Shown one piece after another: positions 28,577 to 38,084 of a stretch of DNA of 49,553 bases. Each line of letters starts with the position of its first letter. Within the stretch, counting starts at the first letter, position 1. The translations under genes were made by a program, and so were the position numbers. Origin of the DNA: Promethearchaeota archaeon (GTDB lineage: Archaea; Asgardarchaeota; Lokiarchaeia; Sigyniarchaeales; SOKP01); assembly GCA_048940645.1 (NCBI GenBank), contig JBHLOI010000025.1, positions 1 to 49,553 of the forward strand, read 5' to 3'. The notes under the pieces are model-generated. The model worked only from the letters and a program-made list of their open reading frames with translations. It did not search any database and had not been told where the DNA came from.

Positions 28577-29263
28577 TTATACAGCACTTGTTAATAAAAT
28601 CATTATATAATCCGCAACACTTTCAATTGCATCTGAAATAGCCTCAATTATATCAAAAACATTGCCTGCTGTGAAAGCTGTAAAATAATTTACATCATAC
28701 TTTGTTTCTTGTAGACTTTTTCTCAGCTTAATATTCAAAAGATCTACCTTATGTTCATATTGATTTATCTGCCGAGCATATTCTTTTATATTTTTTCTTT
28801 CCTCTAATAAATCTATAACGATTTTATCTAAAAAACTGGAGCATTCTACGGTAGATTTCATCATTTCAGTAACTATACTTATAGTTTCTGCGTTACTTTG
28901 TTCCCAAAATTTTAAAGGTATTGTATTTATTCTCCGAGCTACACCAGTGCAACAATTTGCGACATCATCCATTCTCTTAATTAAATGAGATAGATTTTGT
29001 CTTACACTTGGATCTAATTCTCCTTTAGAGACATCTCTTTGAATCTCTCTTCTTAATTTATCAGCATCCCCTTCGAGAAGATCGACTTTATGTAAATTCT
29101 CATGAGCTTTTTGAAGATCTTTTTCATTAAGTAAAATATTTAATCCAATTTCTAATTCCTTAACACATTCTTGTACAATTTGAGCATGTTTGATAGATTT
29201 TTCTAAAACATTTAATGTGGTTTTTCTTTTCAAAAACTCAATCAATGATCCCATTTTAATCAA
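28577..29263 (-). CDS. DUF47 / PhoU-like phosphate transport regulator
   Basis: LEGDADKLRR, YEHKVD, ISDAIESVADYI; downstream of pit. Confidence 0.85.
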   Translation of the reverse strand: MIKMGSLIEFLKRKTTLNVLEKSIKHAQIVQECVKELEIGLNILLNEKDLQKAHENLHKVDLLEGDADKLRREIQRDVSKGELDPSVRQNLSHLIKRMDDVANCCTGVARRINTIPLKFWEQSNAETISIVTEMMKSTVECSSFLDKIVIDLLEERKNIKEYARQINQYEHKVDLLNIKLRKSLQETKYDVNYFTAFTAGNVFDIIEAISDAIESVADYIMILLTSAV

Positions 29264-29316
29264 TCAAATTTTCTTTCTTAATGTTCATTATATTACTATA
29301 TGCTATATATATTTTA

Positions 29317-30348
29317 TTAGACTAATCCAATTAGATTTAATCCAAAATAAATAAGTCCAGCCATAATACCTGCTATTGGGAAAGTTAATACCCAATATAT
29401 CGCCATTTTTCCTAAATTTTTGAGATCGATTTCTTTTTTCTGTGCTTTATTCATACCAACTATACAAAAAACGATAACGTGACTATGAGAAATTGGTAAA
29501 CCAAACAATGTAGCGATCATTAAAATTATTGAGGAACTTGATTGAGTAATAAGCCCTTCACTTGGACGAGCATTAGTCATTTGAGAAGCTAAATTCCTTA
29601 TTACATATCTTGCTGCTATAAAAATTCCAAAAAATGCAAATATCCCGCATAATATTGCAAAGAAAAAGTACTGTCCTAAATTTAATGAACCATTATTCAG
29701 TAGACCATAAAGAATGCCTAACGCTTCCCCTGAGTTTGCTCCTACCCAAATCTCTGCAAATGAAACACTCGCAAGCAAAAACCATTTAAAATATCTTTCC
29801 GATTTTTCAATTTGATTTAATCCTCTTAATTTTGATAAGTATGTTTTTGCTAAAATTTTGAATAAAAGATAAGTAATTATCAAACCGAATAAGGGAGATA
29901 AGAACCAACTAAGAATTATATTGCCGAGTTTATCCCAATTTAATGCTGTTTCAGGATTTACTCCCCCTTGAGAGATTGCATATACAATTAAAACACCGAC
30001 TACACTACCAAGTAAAGAATGCGTACTGCTTAAAGGAATCCCTGCAAAACTCCCAATTATTAACCAGATAATGCTACTTATTAAAACGGTTAATAGCATA
30101 AATGTTGTATAGGTGATTCCTTCGCCCAGGATATCTGAACCAACTGTTTTTGCTACAAACCCAGAACTAAAAGCGATCATACCACCTCCAATAGCTACTC
30201 CACCTATTATTAAGGCAATTTTAAATTTTACAACTCCTGCACCTACTAAAGTGGATAAGGTTTCATCATTTGCTCCTATAGAAAATGCAAGGCCAACAGC
30301 CAATATAATTAGAACTATAATTATGACTAGTGTTAAATCGTCAGCCAT
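29317..30348 (-). CDS. pit: PiT-family inorganic phosphate transporter
   Basis: GAND, GIPLSSTHS, SWFLSP, GLPISHSH; multi-TM. Confidence 0.9.
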   Translation of the reverse strand: MADDLTLVIIIVLIILAVGLAFSIGANDETLSTLVGAGVVKFKIALIIGGVAIGGGMIAFSSGFVAKTVGSDILGEGITYTTFMLLTVLISSIIWLIIGSFAGIPLSSTHSLLGSVVGVLIVYAISQGGVNPETALNWDKLGNIILSWFLSPLFGLIITYLLFKILAKTYLSKLRGLNQIEKSERYFKWFLLASVSFAEIWVGANSGEALGILYGLLNNGSLNLGQYFFFAILCGIFAFFGIFIAARYVIRNLASQMTNARPSEGLITQSSSSIILMIATLFGLPISHSHVIVFCIVGMNKAQKKEIDLKNLGKMAIYWVLTFPIAGIMAGLIYFGLNLIGLV

Positions 30349-30370
30349 ATCGAATCATAATTTTTAGTTT

Positions 30371-31036
30371 TTATTCGAAAATTAAATATTTTGTTGCAAG
30401 AAATTGAATATATTCTGAAAAGCTTTTGATGTGATCAGCCAACATCATAATATCTTCAACAAGTTCTTTAAGATATAAAAAAGTCCTTGATAAATAATCC
30501 ATATCATAGTTATAAAGTTTATCTAACAATCGCCATTCCGCTTTTCTCATCTTACGTCTTTCTTCTTTTATATCTTCACAGACATCATGCGCTTTACTTA
30601 GATCAGACCCAATTAATTTAACAGCATCTGATAAAAAATTAGAAATGATCCTCAATGATTTGAGAATGTTTTGAATTTGAAGTTTAAATTCCTCATCAGG
30701 GAAGACAACCCTATAAAGAAGTAGTTTATTAGCCATGAATTCCCCAATATTTTTAATCTCATTAATTTTAGTAAATAATTTCAATCGATCTGCCTTTGAA
30801 AACATTAATTTGGACTTAAAAATTTTAGACTCAAATTTCTTTTTAATTGAGACCTCTGTATTAGTTTTAATAACATAGCTTAGATTTTGCTTAAATTCTT
30901 TGAAGTTCTCGTCTACAAGATATTCTATCCCTTTAATTAATCTGAAGTTTTGTTCATTAATAGTATCCATGAATAAGTGTGTTAATTCATCAATGCTCAT
31001 TTTACTAAGCTTCTTATCATCTATTTCCTCTTCCAT
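30371..31036 (-). CDS. Divergent DUF47/PhoU-like protein
   Basis: Helical-bundle pattern (ADRLKL, LADHIKSFSEYI); upstream of pit; start revised to ATG at 31036. Confidence 0.65.
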   Translation of the reverse strand: MEEEIDDKKLSKMSIDELTHLFMDTINEQNFRLIKGIEYLVDENFKEFKQNLSYVIKTNTEVSIKKKFESKIFKSKLMFSKADRLKLFTKINEIKNIGEFMANKLLLYRVVFPDEEFKLQIQNILKSLRIISNFLSDAVKLIGSDLSKAHDVCEDIKEERRKMRKAEWRLLDKLYNYDMDYLSRTFLYLKELVEDIMMLADHIKSFSEYIQFLATKYLIFE

Positions 31037-31248
31037 TTTTATCATCTTATAAATTTTTAGTTGAATAGCTAAGAAATAATTGAGATTCTTATTTAAGAAT
31101 AAATTTAATTGCATATAAGATTTAATTTTTTTTTTTGATTATTAATAGTAAAATAAAGAACATAATCAGCTATTTATTTTTTTATAGAGCCACATTTTTA
31201 CTTGAACTTCCCTCTTTTAAAACATAATGTCAAATCTGAACCTCATTT

Positions 31249-31290
31249 TACTCTATATATTATTATATAGAATATATAGAGTATATATAG
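31249..31290. promoter_or_regulatory. 13-bp perfect inverted repeat with TATATAG direct repeats in the divergent pit/ABC promoter region
   Basis: TACTCTATATATT (31249-31261), N9, AATATATAGAGTA (31271-31283); TATATAG at 31264, 31273, 31284. Confidence 0.5.
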
Positions 31291-31407
31291 TAATATTAAT
31301 GAATTATGGACTAATTTACATTATATATTCAATCAATTTTCATGATATATTGATAGATCAAGTTATTTCTACAAATATATGAAATAAAATACGAGGAGAA
31401 CTATTAT

Positions 31408-31506
31408 ATGTCTAGAAAAAGCATATATATTTTAATCTTTATTTTGGGAATTGGAGGAGGAATACTCTTTACTCTTATTGATTATTTTATTAGATCTTTT
31501 ATATAA
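31408..31506 (+). CDS. 32-aa single-TM peptide resembling the signal anchor of the downstream binding protein
   Basis: MSRKSIYILIFILGIGGGILFTLIDYFIRSFI, preceded by GAGGAG; similar to IVVIFILGFLTGALFTNI. Confidence 0.45.
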   Translation: MSRKSIYILIFILGIGGGILFTLIDYFIRSFI

Positions 31507-31526
31507 CGAAATAATATTTTTTTGTT

Positions 31527-32651
31527 ATGAAAAGTAAACACAAGGTTAAAAGAAGCAGTAAAGGAAATATTGTTGTAATATTCATTTTAGGTTTTTTAAC
31601 TGGAGCTCTCTTTACTAATATTGTGATTATTGGAAGGGAAGATGTGGTCCATATTACTATAATATATAGTTCTGAAAAAGCGAGTTGGATGACAATTGCT
31701 TATACAGATTTCATGTATGATTGGAGAAATACCCATCCAAGCGAAGAAATAAGAATTGATATGCATCCGTATGGCTCATCAGATTCAATTATTAGTATTC
31801 TTAATGGAGAGATATTTCCCACGATATGGAGCCCAGCAAGTTCTATCTGGATGACATTTTTAAACACTAAATGGGCAGAATACACTGGAGATCTTGAACC
31901 GATAGTTAACATTTCTGCTGCAGTAAAAATAATTTATTCCCCTATTGTCATTGCCACATGGGAGAGTTTTAATAACACATATGGAATAAATGGCTTTTCT
32001 GATCTCCATGCTTTAAATTTAAATCCGAGTGTGAACGTAAAAATGGCTCATACGGATCCTCGCTTGTCAAACTCTGGATATATGAGCACTATTATGGCGA
32101 TAGCTGCTGCATCGGGAGTAGATTCAAAAGATTTATTGATGAGTGATCTAACAGACCCAGCAAATCAGCAATGGCTTACCGAGTTTGAGTCCAGCGCGGT
32201 GATGTATGGAAAATCAACGGGTTTTTTAAGTCGTTATATGAAAAATAAAGGCCCTAACGGCTTAAACGTTGCTTTCCTTTATGAAAATTTAATAAGAGAT
32301 ATTTCTAACGAAGCAACAGGAGGTAAAATCATTGCAGTATATCCAGAAGAAGGTACCCTTTATAGTGATCACCCATTTTGTATTTTAAATGCCAATTGGA
32401 TCACATCAGAGCAGCGAATGGTTGCTAAAGCATTTCTAGAATTTCTTAATAAAAATGATACGGTTATTTCGGCAATGGAATATGGCTTTCGTCCAATTGA
32501 TACTTCAATTCCCTTAGATTCGGCAGTGTTTAATTATGCAACAAATGGAATTGCTTTTAATATTACAGTTCCTGAATTAAGCACGCCAAATGATGGTGAA
32601 GTTCTACTAAAAATTCCAGATCTATGGTTATTATGTAAGGCAACAGCATAA
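31527..32651 (+). CDS. ABC transporter substrate-binding protein (type usually associated with vWA domains)
   Basis: N-terminal TM anchor; SSEK, WSPASS, SPIVIA, TDPRLSNSG, YEN, YPEEGTLYSDHP. Confidence 0.8.
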   Translation: MKSKHKVKRSSKGNIVVIFILGFLTGALFTNIVIIGREDVVHITIIYSSEKASWMTIAYTDFMYDWRNTHPSEEIRIDMHPYGSSDSIISILNGEIFPTIWSPASSIWMTFLNTKWAEYTGDLEPIVNISAAVKIIYSPIVIATWESFNNTYGINGFSDLHALNLNPSVNVKMAHTDPRLSNSGYMSTIMAIAAASGVDSKDLLMSDLTDPANQQWLTEFESSAVMYGKSTGFLSRYMKNKGPNGLNVAFLYENLIRDISNEATGGKIIAVYPEEGTLYSDHPFCILNANWITSEQRMVAKAFLEFLNKNDTVISAMEYGFRPIDTSIPLDSAVFNYATNGIAFNITVPELSTPNDGEVLLKIPDLWLLCKATA

Positions 32652-32674
32652 AGGTTATTTATGATGGTGAAACT

Positions 32675-34333
32675 TTGAGGAGAAAAAATTTGAATGAGGA
32701 ATTTAAGGGAGAAATGATACATCTTCCATTAAGTTTAAAAATAGAAAGATTTTTTTCCAAACCTATCTATAGAAAGAGTCTTGATTCTATTACATTAGCC
32801 TTTTTTGCATTAGTTATTATTGGTCCTATTATTAACATATTTTCTACTATTTTTTTGAATATACCCTCCATTGGCGAAGATGTTTTTAATGATGCTCTAA
32901 TAGGAAATCTTCAATGGTTAAATATTCTAAATTCTCTTGGAGTTTCCTTTTCAATTGCTTCAATCGCAGTAGCTGTAGACTTAATAATTGCATTTCCAAT
33001 TTCTATAATATTAACCCGATATAATTTTAGAGGAAAAAAGATTTTAGATGCCTTAGTTGATTTACCCATGGCTGTACCTACTAGCGCATTAGGGTTCTCT
33101 GTTTTACTTTACTGGGGTATTTTTGGGGTTGAACCCGGTTATACTTTAATCATTTTAGGGCATATTCTTTTTACTTTTCCTTATATTGTTCGAAATATGA
33201 AAATTGTACTAGAAAAAGCGGATGTTTTATATGAAGATGCCGCTCGAACGCTTGGAGCTCCAGGAATAACTGTTTTTCGAACAATTACTTTGCCAATGAT
33301 GAAGGAAGGAGTTATTGCTGGTGCTATTCTTGCTTTTACGAGAAGTTTGGGAGAAACTGGAGCTACAATAATTATGTCAGGTTTAGTTGAAACTGCTCCA
33401 ATTTTGATCGTTGGCTTCCGCAGACAATTAGAATTACCTTCAGCTTCATTTTTAGCTGGAATATTAATATCAATTTCATTGATTCTTCTCTTTTCCATTA
33501 AATTTTTTACGAGAAAAGTCGGTTTTCCAGTTAAAAGGGTATGGCCTAATATTGAACGTTTTTTTAGCAATAAGTACTTTCGTTATTTTAGAGACGTTCT
33601 AATGATGATCATTCTTATATCTATATTTCTTATTCCGTCATTCTTCATTCTCAGTCAAATTTTCGAAGGAGATTTGATTGGAGAGTTATTCTTAAGTCAA
33701 GATTATAAATGGGCTTATCTATATGCAAGCTTTTTGAGTTCAATTGAAATAGGTGCATTAGCAGTAGTTATCAATCTTATTTTTGGGTTACCCTTTGCTT
33801 TTATAATTACTAAACGAAAATGGGGAAAAGTTATCACTTTTCTTGACACTATCCTCGATATACCAATAGCTATTCCTTCAGCAGCACTAGGGTTTGCTAT
33901 TTTCCTGTTTTGGGGTCCCGCAGGATTAGGTTTATTTCAGCCAGGATTTTTTATGATATTATTCGTTCATGTATCGTTTTCATTTCCATATATGGTTAGG
34001 CCAATTATTGGAGTGTTAGAAAGTGCAAATGTAGGAGTTGAAGAAGCCGCTCGAACTTTAGGAGCATCTAATTTAACTGTATTTAGAAAAATAACGCTCC
34101 CTAATATAAAGCAAGGAATTATCGCAGGCAGTATAATGGTTTTTACTCGTTCACTTGGAGAAACTGGTGCAACTATTGTAGTTATGGGAAGTATCAGAAC
34201 AATTCCCGTATTAATTGTAGATTGGGTTGAAGCAAATGCCTTTCCAAGCGCTATATTTGCTAGCACACTCGTTATCATATTTAGTGCTATTTTAATTTTC
34301 GCATTGAGAGTTGTAAGAAAAAGAAAGAGGTGA
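32675..34333 (+). CDS. ABC transporter permease with two fused TMDs (CysT/CysW/ModB/FbpB-like)
   Basis: Two EAA loops (YEDAARTLGA, VEEAARTLGA); duplicated DLPMAVP/DIPIAIP and FTRSLGETGAT. Confidence 0.92.
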   Translation: MRRKNLNEEFKGEMIHLPLSLKIERFFSKPIYRKSLDSITLAFFALVIIGPIINIFSTIFLNIPSIGEDVFNDALIGNLQWLNILNSLGVSFSIASIAVAVDLIIAFPISIILTRYNFRGKKILDALVDLPMAVPTSALGFSVLLYWGIFGVEPGYTLIILGHILFTFPYIVRNMKIVLEKADVLYEDAARTLGAPGITVFRTITLPMMKEGVIAGAILAFTRSLGETGATIIMSGLVETAPILIVGFRRQLELPSASFLAGILISISLILLFSIKFFTRKVGFPVKRVWPNIERFFSNKYFRYFRDVLMMIILISIFLIPSFFILSQIFEGDLIGELFLSQDYKWAYLYASFLSSIEIGALAVVINLIFGLPFAFIITKRKWGKVITFLDTILDIPIAIPSAALGFAIFLFWGPAGLGLFQPGFFMILFVHVSFSFPYMVRPIIGVLESANVGVEEAARTLGASNLTVFRKITLPNIKQGIIAGSIMVFTRSLGETGATIVVMGSIRTIPVLIVDWVEANAFPSAIFASTLVIIFSAILIFALRVVRKRKR

Positions 34334-35484
34334 GAAATTTACCTAAAATAGAATTATTTGATGTTACAAAAACCTTTAATGAGGGAAAAATTCTTGCAGT
34401 AGATAATATTTCTTTAAAAATTGAAGATGGCGATTATGTTTTTTTACTTGGACCAACTGGATGTGGCAAAACAACCACTTTAAGAATGATTGCCGGACTT
34501 GAAAAACCGACAAAAGGAACGATTTTAATTAATGGTAAGGATGTCGAGGAAATTCCTCCTGAAGATAGAGATATGGGATTTATATTTCAACATTTTGAAA
34601 TTTTTGATCATTTAACGGTTTGGGAAAATGTAACCTTTGGGTTAGAGATGCGTGGTTATAAAGAAAATTATATCATTGAAAAGGCAGAAAATGCTTTAAG
34701 AATTGTTGAACTATTAGATTATGCTGATGAATTCCCTTCGATATTTGGTAATCCAGGAATGCAAAAATTAGGAATTGCTAGAGCAATAGCAACAGGAGCA
34801 AAAATATTAATTATGGATGAACCCCTAGGTTCTCTCGATCCTAAAGTATCAAAAGTCTTTCGTCATGAATTAAGAAATCTGATTAAGGATTTAGGTCTTA
34901 CTGCTATACATGTTACCCATAATCAGGAAGAGGCAATGGCTATTGCAGACAAAATTATAATTATGAGATCGGGAAAAATTCTTCAAATGGGTACGCCATA
35001 TGAACTATATGAAAATCCAAATAGCATATTTGTTGCAAATTTCTTGGGTGAAACTAATTTTCTTCAAGGATTTGTGTTAAAAGTACTTGATAATGAAAAA
35101 ATGTCAATTTGGATTCGCCTAGGCGGACCAAAATTTAATTGTAATAATTTTGGTAATAATTTTAATTTGGATGACCATATTGTAATATCTTTTCGTTTTG
35201 AAGATGTCTATTTATTTCCTAAAGATTATGAATTTGAAAGCAGTCCTTATGATTGGTCTAAAATTCAATTTTTTATTGCCAAATTAGAAACTTCAAGATT
35301 TATTGGAGCCACTAAGAGATTTTATTTAACTCTGGATAACGGGGATAAGTTTTTGTCAATTAAACCAGGAACTTTTGAAGAGAATTTCACTGCAGGGGAG
35401 GAATTAATTATAGGCGTTCATCAAGATGATATTCATGTATTCAAAGCACCAAAAAATCTAATGAATGAATTATCTTTAACATAA
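34330..35484 (+). CDS. ABC ATP-binding subunit (PotA/CysA-like) with degenerate signature motif
   Basis: GPTGCGKT, ILIMDEP, HVTHN; FGNPG in place of LSGGQ. Confidence 0.92.
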   Translation: MRNLPKIELFDVTKTFNEGKILAVDNISLKIEDGDYVFLLGPTGCGKTTTLRMIAGLEKPTKGTILINGKDVEEIPPEDRDMGFIFQHFEIFDHLTVWENVTFGLEMRGYKENYIIEKAENALRIVELLDYADEFPSIFGNPGMQKLGIARAIATGAKILIMDEPLGSLDPKVSKVFRHELRNLIKDLGLTAIHVTHNQEEAMAIADKIIIMRSGKILQMGTPYELYENPNSIFVANFLGETNFLQGFVLKVLDNEKMSIWIRLGGPKFNCNNFGNNFNLDDHIVISFRFEDVYLFPKDYEFESSPYDWSKIQFFIAKLETSRFIGATKRFYLTLDNGDKFLSIKPGTFEENFTAGEELIIGVHQDDIHVFKAPKNLMNELSLT

Positions 35485-35502
35485 TTAAGAGGTCTTGAAT
35501 TA

Positions 35503-36726
35503 ATGGTTAATATTAGATTATATAATGTGTCGAAATCTTATAGGAAATTCAATGCACTTGATCAAATTTCACTTGAAATCAAAGATAAAGAATATTTTAT
35601 TATTTTAGGTCCGACAGGAACAGGCAAAACAACTTTATTAAAAATTATTGCTGGTTTAATTAAACCTGATTCAGGAAAAGTATTGTTTGATAATAAAGAT
35701 GTTACAAATAACGCCTCGGGAGAAAGAAATTTAGGATTTATGTTTGAAAATTATGCATTATTTCCCCATATGAATATTGTTGAAAATATATCATATAGCG
35801 GGCGTGTACATGCTAGAGATACTAAAAATACAAAAACCCTTGTTGATCAAGTATTAATGATGACATTACTCACAGGGAGAGATGATGCAATGCCAGAAGA
35901 GTTAAGTGGTGGTATGAAACAACGTGTTGCTCTTTGTAGAGCTCTTTTAAATTTAGAGCAAACAAAACTGCTCATCTTAGATGAACCACTTAAAGCACTT
36001 GATGCAGGTCTAAGAATGAGTTTAAGAAGAGAATTATTATTAATGGCAAAGTCAAAAGAATTAGAGTTAACTGTGGTTCATGTTACTAATGAACAAGAGG
36101 AGGCAATGATGGTTGCAGACAGAATAGCTATAATTAATCAAGGAAAATTGATACAAGTTGGAACCCCTCATGAGATCTATTATCATCCAAAAAATCTATT
36201 CGTTGCTAATTTTATGAGTGAAATAAATTATTTTGATGGTATTTGTAAAAAAGAAGAAATTCCCTCATGGGATATTTTAAAAGAATCAAAAAGAGGCGAT
36301 AAACTCTATGCAGAAATCCACAGAGATTCAATTCCTATACCAGTTGATATAGGTCTAGATAATCTCTTCGCCGCTTATTTACTAAAAGATAGAATTGGTG
36401 AGATTCAACGGGGGGATAAAGTTTTATTGGTAATTAGATCAAATCATATGAAAATTCGATTAGGTAATCGTGTACAACAAAAACGTAATGCGATTCTAGG
36501 AAGAATACATAGGCGTAAATTTATGGGTGTTTTTTATAGATTTGAAGTTAAATTAAATATAAAAAAACAAGAAAAAATAATCATTGTTACTATACCAGCA
36601 ACATCGGAGATTCACAATAATTTTTTAGAGGATTTAGAGGTTACAGTATATTTTCCGAAAGAATTAGGCATCTTATTTAAACATCCTGGTGAAAAGGTTA
36701 TAAAAGAAGTATTAAAATTAGAATAA
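35503..36726 (+). CDS. ABC ATP-binding subunit (PotA/CysA-like) with altered Q-loop and H-switch
   Basis: GPTGTGKT, MFENY, LSGGMKQR, LILDEP, HVTNE. Confidence 0.92.
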   Translation: MVNIRLYNVSKSYRKFNALDQISLEIKDKEYFIILGPTGTGKTTLLKIIAGLIKPDSGKVLFDNKDVTNNASGERNLGFMFENYALFPHMNIVENISYSGRVHARDTKNTKTLVDQVLMMTLLTGRDDAMPEELSGGMKQRVALCRALLNLEQTKLLILDEPLKALDAGLRMSLRRELLLMAKSKELELTVVHVTNEQEEAMMVADRIAIINQGKLIQVGTPHEIYYHPKNLFVANFMSEINYFDGICKKEEIPSWDILKESKRGDKLYAEIHRDSIPIPVDIGLDNLFAAYLLKDRIGEIQRGDKVLLVIRSNHMKIRLGNRVQQKRNAILGRIHRRKFMGVFYRFEVKLNIKKQEKIIIVTIPATSEIHNNFLEDLEVTVYFPKELGILFKHPGEKVIKEVLKLE

Positions 36727-36770
36727 AAATAAAAATTTAGTAAAATATTACGAATTAGGGAGGTTTTGAT

Positions 36771-37454
36771 ATGAGTGCATTATTTGAATGGTTTAAGTCT
36801 CGAAATGAAGAAAGTGCTATAAATAAGACTTTAGTTCATATGCAAAAGGTTCTTGAGTGTGTAGTTGAATATGAAAAAGCAATTTCATTTTTGGTTGAGG
36901 AAAAAAATATTGATCTTGCATTAAAAGTTCTTTTTCGTGTAAATGAATTGGAAGATGAAGCTGATGGAATTAGGCGAGATATACACAAGATGCTTTCAAA
37001 AGCCGAACTTACATCTATTATTCGTGAAAATCTAATCCATCTAGCTGATAGAATTGATAATATAGCAAATGCCACAAATGCAAGTGCAAGAATTCTTATT
37101 TATATGAATCATACTGATTTTTTGAAGCTTGATAAACAGATTCATAAAAACGTTTTAGAAATGGCAAGGATATCTGTAGAAGCTGTTAAAAAACTAAATT
37201 TTATGGTAAATAAATTACTTTCTGCTGAAGAAGCTGCGATACAGAAATTGGGAGAAGAAGTTAATACTCTCGAGCATCAATGCGATGAATTGCGTTTTGC
37301 TATAAATAGAATATTAGTTTCAAACAGGCTTGATATTAATCCATTTAGTGCTATAGAAATACATAGTTGTATTTCTGCACTTGAATCTATTAGCGATAAC
37401 GCTGAAGATGTAGCTGATTATATCATCATGTTAACAGTAGCCAAAAAGTCTTGA
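36771..37454 (+). CDS. DUF47 / PhoU-like phosphate transport regulator
   Basis: LEDEADGIRR, LEHQCD, ISDNAEDVADYI; GGAGG upstream. Confidence 0.88.
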   Translation: MSALFEWFKSRNEESAINKTLVHMQKVLECVVEYEKAISFLVEEKNIDLALKVLFRVNELEDEADGIRRDIHKMLSKAELTSIIRENLIHLADRIDNIANATNASARILIYMNHTDFLKLDKQIHKNVLEMARISVEAVKKLNFMVNKLLSAEEAAIQKLGEEVNTLEHQCDELRFAINRILVSNRLDINPFSAIEIHSCISALESISDNAEDVADYIIMLTVAKKS

Positions 37455-37677
37455 AGTTCAAAAGAATTATAATTAAGGCCCATCTCTTAGATAATATTTA
37501 AATTAGAAAAATAATTTAGAAAATGGAATTATTAATCCTACTTTTTTTAAGATTCTATTAGATAGGTATATTAAAAAATTTAATTTTCTAAAAATTTTAT
37601 TAAATATTTATAATTTGGATTTATCTTTTAAGAATTTTAAGTTAAAGGACGATTTATAATGGATATAAAAAATACAA

Positions 37678-37703
37678 TTTAGTTAAACCTAAAAATTTAA
37701 ATA
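37678..37703 (+). promoter_or_regulatory. DtxR/MntR-like metal-repressor operator next to the feoAB TATA box
   Basis: Near-palindrome TTTAGTTAAACCTAAA (37678-37693) followed by TTTAAATA (37696-37703). Confidence 0.55.
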
Positions 37704-37798
37704 ATTCAATTTATTAAGTAATATTAGATAAAAATTCATTTTTTTATCGATTTGTTTATTAAATTTTACCTCAGAATATTCTTTTTTAAAGAATTCAT

Positions 37799-38038
37799 AT
37801 GATGTTTTCATTTTTAAAACGTTTAACTGATTGTTTACAAGGGAAGGAATATATTATATCACATGTACGAGCAGGATATACGGCAAAAAGAAGACTTGCT
37901 AATTTAGGAATTATTCCTGGAGAAAAGATAATAAAAAGCAGAGCTGCTCCATTTCATGGTCCAATAGAAGTAATTATAAAAGGAACAAAACTTGTTCTAG
38001 GAAGAGGATTAGCAACAAAGATAATAGTGAGAGAATAA
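37799..38038 (+). CDS. feoA: Ferrous iron transport protein A
   Basis: RRLANLGIIPG, APFHGP, LVLGRGLA. Confidence 0.93.
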   Translation: MMFSFLKRLTDCLQGKEYIISHVRAGYTAKRRLANLGIIPGEKIIKSRAAPFHGPIEVIIKGTKLVLGRGLATKIIVRE

Positions 38039-38084
38039 AAATCATTATTTAGTTTAAAATTAATTAAGTCATTTTATACTGATT

